A stretch of 64,000 nt of DNA from Ophelia neglecta (taxonomy: Eukaryota): positions 75,888,001-75,952,000 of the forward strand of contig OZ260663.1 of the NCBI GenBank assembly GCA_965285935.1, written 5' to 3'. How positions within the stretch are numbered: the first letter of the stretch is position 1; every line of letters begins with the position of its first letter. This document shows positions 36,501 through 50,200 of the stretch, piece after piece. The notes beneath the pieces are model-generated. The model ran no database searches, was not told where the DNA came from, and worked only from the letters and a program-made list of their open reading frames with translations. Position numbers and translations under genes: made by a program.

Positions 36501-39323
36501 ATATATCCGTGCCCTCGTCAAATGTATTATAAATAGACGCATGTTATCTAAGGATTAAGAACCAACAATACATGTATACATAAGAAATTCGAACTTTCTT
36601 GAATTCAATTGTAATGTTTGAAATTCATATGAACTGGATTAAAGTAAATGAAAACGTTTATCATAATTATGTACGTATGTATACTATACTATACTATACT
36701 ATATTTATATGTACATGTACATGTAGACCTTCATGATATCACACTCTCGCCTTTTGAATAACCTTCAACAAAATTGGTATGACCCATTAGGGCCTATAGA
36801 AGAATTTTGGACACCACGGTTTCTCCTGTTTTTCCCAGGCAACTTAATCTTAAAAGCAACATATTTAAGTAATAAAACAGCCCACGTACCCCTAAGGTGT
36901 GTACTTGTCGGTTAGTGTTCTTCCAGACAAGCTGCATCGGTGACAACACAACGGTCTCGTCTGCATCGAACTCAGCTTGCGGCAGGGGTGGTAGTTTACT
37001 GATTACATCACGTGCAACGTTGTCCACCAATTGAAGGCCTCGCTTCACATCCTCCAGCAATGACGGTGACGCTCGAACAAGGCAAGCAATGACATCTTCT
37101 TTCTGAAATCTATAAACACAAGAGCTTGCTATTTATTAGCATGTTTCATATCGTATCAAACTAAAGCTTACAGTGGTTAAAAGGTCAGTCCCTAACACTC
37201 AGGCAGAACGGGTACTGCCGTCATCCATAAGTTTTACTTCTAATTATCAATGTACAGTAACTGTGGTAAACATATTTATGTGTCACTGTTCGGTTGCTAT
37301 TTTTTCAAACTGGTTTTAGTCATGTCATACTTGTAAATTGGCCAACTTCTGTGTTCCTGGAAAGCTCTTGGCGGCACAAACTCCTCTTGAATATTACTTT
37401 CCGCGCCCTAAATTTAAAACAAGATGGAAAATCATTTACATTTTGTATGAAATGGCCAACAACCGGAGAGGCTTAACGGGTGCTTTAACCATTTTCCCTA
37501 TCAATCGAAGAAATTCTCATGCCAATTAAATTACTCACCGGCCCACGAGCACTGCTTTCAGGTAGTGATAATGCCTGGCTACTGCTCTCGTCGATGGCAG
37601 ACTCCTGTTCAAAGCGATCATAAGAAGTCGCCGGTTCTGGAGATTGGTATGCCCTTCTCACTTCTTCTCCTCTTCTGTCATCGTGAAAGCTTCGTTGGCC
37701 CGATTTGATGGACTGCAAATCAAAATCCTTGGCCTGTCTTTTAGAAGGCCTGCTTATCATATTCGTTGTGACAGAATTCTGACTGCTGTCTAAATGCAGT
37801 GTGGACAGACTATTGGTGTCAATACTTGCCGCTTCTTTCTTCCTTTGTCTAGGTTGAGAAGATACGATTTCATTCCAAGTTTCGCGGTCTGTAAACCGTG
37901 TTTTCTTCTCTTCTGTCTCGCCTAGTATTCTTTTGTACCGGAACAAAGAGTCCTTGTCGGTGTCAGAGTTAACACTCGGGAGAGAATACCTACTTAGGTC
38001 TGGCGTTTTGACGCTTGGGTTGACTGGTTTGGGGCTGTAATATGCTCCTCTAATTTCCGGAAGTCTTTCCCTTTTTCCGACGGTTGCAGGCTGATGCGCT
38101 CTGGCCTGTTGGTAGGTTTTAGGATCAGGGTCATGCCCATAATCCTCTACCCGGGAAGTGGATTTTATCACTGTCTTTATATCAGGTCTCACTGTCTCGG
38201 GAGTATTCCAGTGCTCGTTGTACATATATTCCCGACGATCTGCCTCCCTTATAGGCAACGAAGGCCTCTTCCTTTTTGGTGTCTTTCGTTTCGCTTCGAA
38301 CTCTGTGTCATTATACTCATGAAAGTCTTCTTCCTTCATGTAAATTTCTCCACTAACTTTATACATGCCTTTGTCCTTCTGATAAGTTCGGTTTTGTTTA
38401 GTGGGTTCCGGGGATCTATCGCTTATACTTCTTTGGGGTATGTCATAATAGTACTCATGTCCATGTATTTCCTGCGTTTTCGCCCTCCTTTCCTCTGTGG
38501 GACTATGAGTAGTATCTTGTCCATTTCTTTTGTCCCATATAGATCCACCACCACGGATTACTGGATGATCCCTTGTATGATTGTATGGACGTTTACTTTT
38601 ACTTATACGTTCACTCTGTGAATAATCATATAGTCTTGGCGATACATGGTCAAACTTCTTAGCTTTAGCAACATGTCGGCGTAAAATCGGGTCGTTTTCA
38701 CCATAGACATTTGGTGAAAATCTAGATTTGTCGTCATGCTGTGTGATTTGTTTTGGTGATAACACGTGGTCATTTTCTTTCTTATGGCGATTAGTTTCAT
38801 TTCTAGTTGTAAACTCTTTGTTTCTCTTGCGGGGTAGTGATTGTTCTGTAGCGGGAGAGAAGTTAGTCTTGTTCCGTATTGCCACTTTCCTTTCATGGTT
38901 ATTCTTTGGGCTCGGCTTAAGAACCTTATTAATAACCTGAGCCGTCTTTTCGGGATATTCTGGCTTCAGAGGATAATTTTTCTTACTGTTCTGCTTCGAG
39001 GACACTGGTTTTAAAGCGTTTCTTTTGACCACAGTATCCTGAGAATTTTGTCCTGACTTATTGTGTTCTACGGCTTTCTTCACTAAAACACTGTTGTTAG
39101 GCTGGTTATGTGATTTTTCCTCTGTGACTTTAAATGCTGCCAATGCCGCCTTCCTTCGTTGTTCATCCATTACTCTCTGGTTATTAATTTTCGTGCGTAC
39201 TTTCCTCTGGTTTTCTGCTTCCTCTGCCTTTCTTTCAGCCTCTTTCTGTTGCAGCAGGGCTTTGTATTGCCTCCATGACATACGCTGTGCCTGCTCGCCT
39301 GTATCCATAGTTCCACTGGGCAT
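33581..39323 (-). CDS. Protein with a ~595-aa basic low-complexity N-terminus, ZU5-ZU5-like domains and two tandem death domains (DTHD1/PIDD/ankyrin-type module)
   Basis: The large exon 39323-37539 splices in phase 0 to ~37102-36908 (ETVVLSPMQL). Then follow ~36383-36050 (HSTMEPNIRVQV), ~35800-35601 (AVSPIIKVTSSEPTKRPISLFVPKP, ZU5-like), ~35485-35359, ~35221-35179, ~35070-34986, ~34880-34597 plus ~34409-34313 (death domain 1: LTGDFLKRLS...LLKRWRN...LVVTLKESG), ~34125-33864 (death domain 2: NWRSLGLALGLTEQDVYEIQ...AMLK...GLETIG) and ~33630-33581 (stop TAG). Confidence 0.8.
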
Positions 39324-41205
39324 TTTGAATATATGAATCCTAAAAACTTCAGGAAAAGGAAAGCCTTACTCACTTAGTACCGCCGCATACCCAATATGTC
39401 ATGCTTCAAACAGTACTTCGATGATGTCCAAAAACATATCAAACTGACATTTTATCATTTAAGTCAAAGGCAAGATTTACCCAAACTTGTAGACTGTGAT
39501 TTTTATCACCGGACTAATTGATTTTGCCGTATACTCGGCGCTTTGCCTGGCGTTGAGGCGATGTGGACGGAACACATTTGGGTGTTTACTTCTTTGTGTT
39601 AGCGCATAGTGACCATAGCACATATCATGCATAACCAAACATTTTGAACGGTAGCACTGTTTAAAAAGCAAACACGGTCTTAACATCAAATGTGCGTCCA
39701 GTTCACTAACAGAATATCATGTTTGTCTCACCTCAAACCTTACCAACCGCATGATCGAGGCGACTTCTGATAGTAGACAAGTACATACAACCAACACTTG
39801 TCCATATAGTAAGGGTCAGAATTCGAAGAAAGAATTATTGCATTCCATTTATAGAGCTTTGTAAATTGTATGGGTATAAGTTGTTCTCTTCCGTATAGCG
39901 AACGTTATAGACATGTTGCTGAACTCATATGAGGATTTTAAAACGAGTAGATATATACATATAGCTAGAGTGCTTCAAATAGCATCTACTGGGGGGGGGT
40001 CATGTTCGTGATTTGGACTTCTATTTAATACTTGTCCCGTGGGTCATTATGTATTCATCCTATTATATATTTCCATTTTACTAAAATTTTAATCGTGAAC
40101 TTATATAAATTTGAAAATGAACCACTTCCAATGTCCCCTGCACACAGATCCTGGTCTTCTACCCTGATAACACCAGACAATGTGGGCAGGGTAGGCCCAC
40201 TTCCAATAGCACAGAAAGTCGAGAGATCATACATTTAAGTATACACTTTCTTGATAATATCACGAATCCGTAAAACACCAACTGCCAATGGACAAGAGGT
40301 TCAATGGAATGGAAAATATGCTTTACAAAACGTCATGCCTAAGTCTTGTTTTAAAAGTTTGCTTAAAGGAAAAAGACAATGTCAACTTCTTATCTAAGTT
40401 TGCAACAGATGTATTGATATATACATACATGTATTATAACTAACTGGCCTATATTAGGAACTATAGCAGTAAAATCATCATCAAGAAATGGTAAGCATAG
40501 CAACCACTTGATCATCACGTGAGAATTGTTACCCCTGATGAGTATCTAGGAAAAAATTCCTTTCTTTATACAACTATATTTGTGCAGAATGTTTTTGTTT
40601 TTTTTATGAGCTGCATGTGAACCTAACTGTCAGTTAATTTAATGTTTTAAATATCTCTAACGGTGTTTACCAGACAGTTCTAGACGTGCACTCATTCCCT
40701 AGTTTATTTCGACAATATGAGAATAATTATACTCTATGTTTAGCAAAGAATTTCATCGTGACCTTATCGCTGACATTGTATTTTATTCTGAAGGGCATAA
40801 ATAAACCAAGATTTTAAACCAGGCCTCATTATTTATTTTATTTTAATAACATATCTCAGTCATTTGGCTTACTTTACCAACAACAAATAACTAAAACTTT
40901 TATTTCAGTTTTGCACAAATATTTCCAATTTATTGATCAGCGGAAGACAACTTAATAATATAGATTGACGGAAAAAAATAGTTAAGCAAGTGTCAACACG
41001 ACCATCATTTAGAGTTCCTGTTGCACTGTTGCCTATAGACAATTGCTTATCTATTTTGTAACGTTAATCTACTCAATGATTACACTAAGATAAATTTGAA
41101 TGTGATAACACACGAAAGTTAAAATAAAATATATGTTATTTATTATTTTTGTCAGCTCAGAAGACAATTTTGTTCAGCCTGCATCAGTGGATAACTAGGC
41201 TCTCC

Positions 41206-42724
41206 TCACGGAGTTGGTCCGTCTGACCCGGACTCTGAAAATATTCGAGAAGAGAACATATAGGCTCTTGACAATTATCTTAGATAAATTGGACAAAAAT
41301 GGAAGTATGAGACGGTGAAGGGTTATAGACAATATTAATACTATGTTTGTACTTTCATTGATGGATACGTTGTTAAGATAAGATTCTGTTTTAATTGAGC
41401 CTATGAACTATACCTGACGAAACGGATTCAACAGAATCCGATGACGGAGCGGATGTTCCACTTACACCTGAAAAAAAAACTCCTTTTAGTTTTGTATTGT
41501 ATAAGTTCTTCATTTTTCTTAAACTTATTTTAATTAGACAAAAAGGCACACAATAGTCACATTTTAAGACAAGTGGTGTACAAAGTGACCAAGTGACCAA
41601 CTGCATGGTTAAGTGGCTGCGGCGGAGCGAGGTCAAGCCAAGAAAAAAATAACAATATGCTGGGCTTGGCAGCATCAGTTATATTTATTGCATTGTGCCT
41701 ACATATAGTAAAAAACTGGCCAGAGGTGGCCATGGTCACAGAATATGAAGGACGGAACAAAGTTAGACCTATCGCTAAACTGGTGCATGATGATCGATCC
41801 AAAGTGAAAATATAGGTGAACTTTCTCAGACAATTTGAGAAACAAATGAGCACAATAGCAAAAAGCACTTATTTGATTTTGTAAAGAAATCATTTTCGAG
41901 GTTATTATGCAGCTTAAATACACATAATCAGCGAGAGCAATTTATCCAACGATAGATCCAGTATTGAATATTTTACACCCACCGGAGGAATCTGAATCAA
42001 CAGACGGCGCAGAGTCCGAAGCAGAGGAAATACCATCACCTGAAAGAAAATTATATATAATTATATCACCTTATATCAAATTGTATCATAGTGTATTTTG
42101 AACGATATCCAGTTGACAATTTAACCAGGTTTAAATCTAATTTGATGTTCACCTTGAATGAAACAAAACGTGTCAAAAATGCGTGACAATATACCAGTAA
42201 GACAATAACGTTCTACCAGGTACTATACGTCTGGTATATTGTACACGCACATTGCTATCAAGATCTCAAGCAAAGTAAGTAAGATTACCATAAATGATAT
42301 CAGTACAGTTTAACCTTATAGTTAATACAAGTAAAAATTGACAAACAACTAGTTATTTATTACTTATTTATTACTAATTACTTTTTTTACTATTAACATT
42401 CACTAAATATTTGTAAAAAGCAATTTAAGGTGCTTTGTGGAAACATTCTACTTGAAATGAATATAAAGTACATGTGACCAGCCACATGTGCGCGAACTGT
42501 TTAGATGTTGTCGAATATTTACCATTGGCAAAGTCGTTCTTTTAGTGTATTTCAAGTGAATTAATAGCGTACATATATTAAGCTGACTGGCGAACGGTTA
42601 GGTGAGCGTATTTTTTGCTTTTCTTACCTTGACGGTCCTTTTCTTTTCCTTTCCCTTCCTTCTTTGACACCACAACATTGATTAGCAAGATAGCCAACAG
42701 GCTCAAAGCCAGTAGAGTGCGCAT
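41206..42724 (-). CDS. Four-exon 78-aa secreted Ser/Asp/Gly-rich orphan protein
   Basis: Exons 42724-42628 (97 nt), 42039-41983 (57 nt), 41467-41414 (54 nt) and 41234-41206 (29 nt) total 237 nt. All introns are GT-AG phase 1 with TTTCAG acceptors. Kozak context is gcaaccATG and AATAAA lies at 41144-41139. Translation: MRTLLALSLLAILLINVVVSKKEGKGKEKDRQGDGISSASDSAPSVDSDSSGVSGTSAPSSDSVESVSSESGSDGPTP. Confidence 0.85.
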
Positions 42725-42756
42725 GGTTGCAGTACGTGGTAGGACAACAGAAAAAC

Positions 42757-42807
42757 TGCGACGACAGAAAGAAAACAGTCACTAGTTTTATCATACTCCC
42801 CGCCCCC
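42757..42807 (-). promoter_or_regulatory. Candidate core promoter of the small secreted gene
   Basis: GC box GGGGGCGGGG (42807-42798), TATA-like GATAAAA (42792-42786) and Inr-like GCAGTT around 42757. Confidence 0.45.
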
Positions 42808-45800
42808 TGATACTCAATATGTTATTTGCCTTCGACTTGTGGACGCCTAATTGATTAATTTAATTTAACGTCATCGATATCGCCGCAACCTTCTGTCATC
42901 GTCAACATTGCTGGCAGAATAACAGTGATGTACACTCATACAGAGTATGACTACATTCAACGAAGGAATAAATCAATAAAATATTAAGTATTATTTAGTC
43001 TTTACCTTCGACGTGAAATGTAGTCTTATTCTTGTTATACAAATCAAAATGTTTAAACCCGTGCGTCAACAATCCAGACGGAAGACAAAAAAATGGGTCA
43101 TTTTTGTAAAATGCCCAATTAATCTGATAAGGAAATTCTCATACCCTCTCTCTTTCTTCGTTATAAAATCACCTTCTATCTTACCTGTAGTTCTTGGTCT
43201 CAAATTTCCCTGGTCTCTGACAAGACAAGCAATTAATCATATCTCAATTTGCGCCTTTTATATACTAAGAATTCCAGAGAACAAAACCGATGAGTACCAC
43301 TTATAGGACGAATAATCCTAAAACTATATTATCAATCACAATTGAAAGTACTTCAAGTCAATAGCCTTCCCATACAGCTGTTTGTGGCTTGAAAATCGAA
43401 GACATCTTCCTTGAAACGAAGAGACATCCATGCATAAGGACGCGGTTGTTGACCTATATGATTGCAGCATGTGTTAGTAGAATCACAGGGGATAATTATT
43501 GGATGGACGTGTGGATCGAATGTTGGACTAATTGAAAGACAGCCATCCGAAGTTGATGGCTTAATAAAGAAAACTCTATGTATATGCCGAGCTAAAATCT
43601 CTCACATGCAAAAAGCTGGGTGGTACGATAGACTCTGATGTTTCGACCTATTTGTGTAACATGCATGATAGACATTAAAGTTAATTTTCTTTCTGCAATA
43701 CATCTGTGACTCGTATACATTTTAGCTGCAATGATGCTTCAGTGATATGATTGGCATTGCTCTCAGAGGCCAATTATTTTGAACTGAATAATATAACCAA
43801 ACAAATATATCAGTCTCCAGACCCACCTGAAAATTTGCAATCTTCCTGACCTTCGAGTTGTTTTCGGGAGAAAATATGCAACCTGATAAGTGTAATATTT
43901 GCGATAAGTTGAGTTTATAGAATATGTTGGTGTTGAAAAATCTGTCGTACCAGGTTTCTTTTCAGAATATCTCCCTACTTTGTTATTAGTCATTAGATTT
44001 TTTCAAACATTCCTAACTACTAAGAAATAATGTTTCTTTTATTGTGCACATTTTCAAATCAGCAAACGTCATTGTTATGTTTGGGATATTACACCGATGA
44101 TTCTTTCATTCAAGAAATTTTCTCATTTTACTTTTTACCCGGGTCCCGAACTACAATAAAAGTGGAACAAGATAACAATATCGTTCAAAATATTAAATTG
44201 TCGATGAATCAATTACCCTCTGTTTTTCGAAAACGCATCTATTACTGTTTGACTCTTAACAGTGCATACTGTCCTTATTTTCCGACCCGGTAAGACCAAA
44301 TAAAATCAGTATGTCTCAAATTAAAGAACTTAAAATACATAGTCATAAATTCCTAATCAAAGAGGAAGATGGTGGAAAAAATAACTGAAATGCATGTTTA
44401 TGAATATCATGATGGGGCTAGAAACATGCTTCTAAATATGACAGCTAAATGATTGACCACTGCCAGATGATTGGCCGCTGCAGTTTTAGAAGAAGGAAAT
44501 ATCTAATAACAACGGCAAAAAGAAAATGAGGCAGTTTAATGCCGTTGATGCAATATCTTTAAGCGTATATTTGAGAAATTTGATGGGCAAATTGGTGTTT
44601 GTGCTTGTAGTCTACTATGCCTACGGACATGCTATAAATATAACATGTATTTGACGAATTTATCAAATGTGAATAATGATTTTTTTTTAAACCAACAGAA
44701 ATATGTGTTTATTTCAAGTGCTTTTAAGGTCAGGTGCCAAAGAAAATCAATGCTTCAAGTATTATTCACCTTAGTGGAGATCTGTCAGAAATGTTATGTT
44801 TTGAAGTGCTATTTTTCGATTGGCAACAAGCCCAAATTCGCTCAAATATCTATTAAAAGACTGTCACGTGCACTTTTAAAGTAAACTTTTGCGACTGCAT
44901 TTTTTATTGCGAAGAAACAGGTTATCAATTCAACCTTAATGTAGCAATTTACAACAGTCACAGCCGTAAAATAGAATAATATAAGTTTTTTTTAGCGTAA
45001 CGGATCTACAAATGGTGGGGAAAAAATTATCACTTTATCTGTGTAAACAAATAACAATAATAAATTTTCAGACTATGCATGATACGCAATAATATATCTC
45101 AAACTGTCTTAATCTCAAAAAAAAAAGATAATCAAGTTCAAAGGGGGGGGGGGGGGGGAATTCCAAATAACCAATTGCAATTGAGACTTCAAAACACAAA
45201 AAGCATATATATTACAAATATTGGTGGAGGTAGGGATGTGGAGGAGGGTACCACTTCCCAATGAACAAACATATATATCGGGCAACTATTGGGTATATAC
45301 CTTACCACTGGCCCAATACAAGGCTAAGTATCGGACCATATTCAGCATGCTGCAAGCTAAATGAACTCAACTGCGGCGCTATCAGTAACCACAAGTAGTC
45401 AGTAGTGGCCAATTTCACACATTCTGTTACCATTTCATGTACTTAACCAGTATTGGCCCAATTCTAACAAACATCATTATAAATGTCGAATTATTATTTC
45501 TTTTTGTGACTTATTTGGCCTTGACTTTTTATTTCAAGCAATGTGAAAAAATTCCTTAGAGACAGTTTATCGGGTATTCAATATTTTAGGTTTAATTTAT
45601 TGCATTTCAGTGCGAAGCTGCTGTTTTGCGGGATTGTTTTTTGCGCACTTATTTTTATTGAAAAACTAAATCAATTAGATCTAAAAGAAATAGTGGTGGA
45701 AATGATGGAGAAAAAATATCGACATACAAAATTTAATGACTTATATCTATTTATTTTTTCTGAAAGAATATCTTTTTAAAAAGAAGTTCGAGTTCCTGTG

Positions 45801-47266
45801 CATATATGTACTACGAGGCCTTTGGTCAGGAAGTAGTAAGCGGCGACTTGAATGCAGATTAGGGTACTCCTGAACAACTTGGAAAAAGTGTAAACCGTTA
45901 TTGTTTAAGAAGACCACACATTAACCACCTTTCTACATACAGATGGAGTTAAGTGGATAGAAATAACAATAAATTTTGTATTTGCTGAACTAGTATCTAT
46001 TTCAGTGGACTCAGAGGGCGATCATCAGCCCGAATAGACAAACTTATGCAGGCAATCACAAACAGGCTTGAGTAGATCTGTAGCAGAGCGCGTTCCGGGT
46101 TCTTACGTCATATTTACAAAACCTTATTGGGTCAGGGAATTTAATGAAATGCACGCTGAACAGAAACGAAAAAGCTCAATTTTGATTCAAGATGGTTCTC
46201 GTACAGAATTACAATATAATCCTTATGCGGCTTATAAAAGGTCCAAGACCAAATCTTGGATTCTCCAGTGCTTAAAATAAAAGCTCTAAATGATTTAACA
46301 TTGAATAAAGTAGAGAACTATGGTGACTGAGCGTCGGGCGCTAATGACTATGTCGGGCTGCTAATAAAACACAACGCCCTCAAAAATCAATGTTAAACGT
46401 GAAATATTTATTTTTCTTCAGTATATTGACCTTTGGTAGCCCTTTCAAGATAGCCTGTTATTCAAAGGGACCTAGCATATTTACATATAAATATTAGCAT
46501 ATAAAACAGATGTACATGTATATATAGTAACAATGATTCTAGATACATGCGCTGTATATACACATAGGCTAGCACCAGGTTTATTGCTATCATTACAAGT
46601 GAATTCAAATAGAAATACAACTTTCTGACATTATCTCTTACATAACACTAAGATTTAGATACTCAAATTTATATTTTTGTTTTATATTATTTATTGATAT
46701 ATACTATGTACCACTGCTCTCATTTAGTTGAGATAACTAATAAAGTACCTACAAATGTATACACACTTTATATATTTTGGCTGGTCTGTAACATGTAACA
46801 TGTTGTGGCAAGCATGTGGCGCTCATTAAAATAGGTTTATACGGGTTTTGCTGGGTATATGATCTAAGTTGATCTGATGTCATTTGGTTAAATCTACGTG
46901 GATCATAATATATGTATATAATTTTTGTAGGAATAGTATTTAGTATTGCCATTATACATGTTATATCTAACATACCTAAATTCAATATAAAACTACGGTT
47001 CTGCCATGATCATCTACAAATCTCATGTCATTGTGATAATAAAACCATTTCATTCAAATTGCGTTGACAAAGTATGAAATGGAACATTTTAAATATAAAT
47101 ATAAATAGTATTGTGGTTACAGTATTTTACATTGCAGGACACATGAAAGTTATGGCCAGTTATTTTAGTTCACGTTTGAAAAACCTAGATATCTTAATTC
47201 TAAATATATTATTTCTTTTTTAGGACTGGGAAATGGCTTATATGTTTCATATAAAAAAACGAAATG

Positions 47267-50200
47267 TCATGGCATCACAAACCCAGTACAGTTCCACAGA
47301 GGTATTTGTGTACAGTATGGCGGGTGGCACCGGAAGTCATGTAACGCACCCGTAGCCTGCATAGCAAAGCCAATCGCTATACCTCCTCCAAACATGGCCG
47401 GCACAGCAATGAACGAAAACCAGTACAGCAGACCCATGCCAGACAAACCATGGCCGCTGAATCGGGAAAGAACGAATAATGCTTTGACAATGCGCTTTTT
47501 ATCAAAATATATATACGAGTTATTTACTGTTCATAAACTTGACCAGAAATACTATCATTTATTTGTGTCTTGTTGTTAAAAATAATACTCCTATGTAAAC
47601 AGCTGACTGATGTTAAAAATCTGGCAAATTTCTTCAACTTTCTCTTTTAATAGTATAAGAGGTGAAACCCACATTTTGAAAGGATCAACTTATGATTTTA
47701 CAGCTCACTTTTCTAACCATAATTCAACTTTAACATTGCCCCCCCCCCCCCCGCTGCCCCTAAACTCAAGAAAAATAAGGTTTTCACGTTTCATCTGAAG
47801 TAGGTATGTTCCTCTGTGGATAGGATGTAAATACCTGGTACATCCGGCTGCGAGTCTACTCCCAATGAGTAGCAATATTCCACCAAAAATGGCGGTTATT
47901 ATATTAGGACCCTGAGCAGTTGCAATGGACCGCGAGGATAATGCTGAAAAGGCCCCTCCGCCTACTGCAGCAACCACGTAGAAAACCTGAAGCAAAAGCA
48001 TAGAAATGTTGCTGCGTTGCTGAAAATATTTTTCAGTTTCAAGATATCAATACATGTACATCTAAAGCAGTATTAATAGAACCAAAGATAACTTCAATGA
48101 ATATTGTTGCGTTTTTACCAAGATGTCAATACATGTAAATTACTGTATACCTACCTGCCACCAATTTCCTAAGCCACACCTAGCACCTGCGAAATAAGGG
48201 AACAATTTCTGCAGGCGTTTACCAACAAACAGCTGTGCTATTATGGTGACGTAGGCACTGCTGCCGCCCAGCGTGTCGCCTACCGCAAACACTATAAAAA
48301 CCTGTAAGACGCCTATCACAGCTCCTGGGAATAGAAACGTAATGTAGGGTTTAGCGTTAATGTATATTTTCAATATTATACGCAATATGTTTATGAAACA
48401 TTACGATGGGAGCACTGCTACGCCAATATAATATTTAAAATTAATGATTATGTACAGTATAATTAAAAAGTAAATGTATGCAATATTCGACAAGGCAGAA
48501 TTTTCTAGGCCTACTGCAATTATTTAAGTTCACACACTTGCCTGCGACACCTGGCGGCCAAGCCTTCTGTGTAAATATGTTAGAAGACCAGGGTGTGGCT
48601 ATATAATTACGGTCCTGTAATTGTATCATCTCATACTAAATGTGTGGGTTTCATATCATATAATGAACAACATGGTACGTCCTGTGTTGCTTCTGGTATA
48701 AAATTGTATTTCAGAGACATAAAACATTTTAATCAGAATTCCTTTATACGAATTTTGAAAGACGAACTTGCCCAACAATCCAAATCGTTCTGCCAAGGGA
48801 TAAAAAATTCCATGAGAAACACAACCACGCCCAGAAGTATAGCCATAGGGAGGGCCACAGCCACATACGGCCAGTTGAGTTTTTGGTGAATCCTACGAGT
48901 AAATAAAAAGAAATATTAGGCAACACCGAATACATGCCATTTTTCATTATTTAGATTGCGGATTTTCCTGGGAAAAGAGACGTGTGGGTGAAAAAACGCG
49001 ACTTTAATTCCAGCCATTAAATCATGATTTTGGTAGGTGCTGAAGGGTGCTTAAGGATTTTACATTATTTATAGTTGGAGGGGGGGGAGGGGGGGGGTGG
49101 TTGATACGCAAAATGAAACCGTGTAAAACTGAATATCAGTGTCCAAAGTTCCCCCCCCCCCACGAGAATTGGTCAGAAAGTGTTCGTCCCCCCCCCCTTC
49201 CATAGACCATCTTTGACATCATTTCTGACTTTTGACACACCCTGTTCATCTTTGATATAATGTCCGGCTATTGACATCTAAAATCCGCATTTAAGTATTC
49301 CATGTCTGTCTTTTCATGAAGTGTCCTCCTTTTGACAGTAACTGTCCCTTTTGTTTCAATCCCCTGTCTGTTATTCGAGTTATTCCCTAGTTTGCCTTCG
49401 ACCATTATTTCCCTGTCTCGATTTTGTTTTTCGTGCAACCTGTTTGGCATTGATAAGCGTAACTTACGTTAATGTTTTAAAGGAGTTCTTTGGTCTAGTA
49501 ATTCTCACGATAAATGGAGCTATCATTCCGTATATCAAGGCACCTATTAAAACTCCCACAAATGTGAATACTAGAAGAAGAAAAAAAAAGTAGATGATCA
49601 AAACTTTTTTTCAGAATTTTCAATTATTTCCGGTATAATTCTGCAAACTATATTAGCTTCTATAAAAATAAGATACGTACTTGCGTTTTTAGCCCATGTG
49701 CCAACTTGTGGTAGAACCATACCCGGACACTGCAAGTAGGCGAAGTTTAACAATCACCGATATACGATGAAATTCAGCCACATGAAACTGAACATAGACC
49801 TAAAAGTTATTATATTACATCGAAAATTATATATTGACTATTGCATTCAAATCTTTTTATATAACAAGTGATTTGATGAAAATGGTTGCTTGTAGGCCTT
49901 ATGGCTTATTCAAGGAATTGCAATTAGATTAGACATTCAGTAAAAGCTACAAATCAAATCAGCACTCCCAGACCGAGTATAGACATCGAACAACAAAAAC
50001 GTTTTGTTATATCAGAATTTGATAGCTTATATTAAAATAACAGGTAAGGTACTCACAGGTTTTCGAAAGTGTGACATTAACAACTGAAACCTTTTATTTT
50101 ATTGATTTCATGAATAAACTACTGTTTCCTGTTAATTAATTCTATTCCCCTTTATAAGCTAATGCGAATTGACTGGAAAAGCAACCAATTAAAACACTTC

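Noticed and set aside
38094-39336. Plus-strand ORFs of 175, 70 and 91 aa
   Set aside because: They are antisense shadows of the large minus-strand exon.
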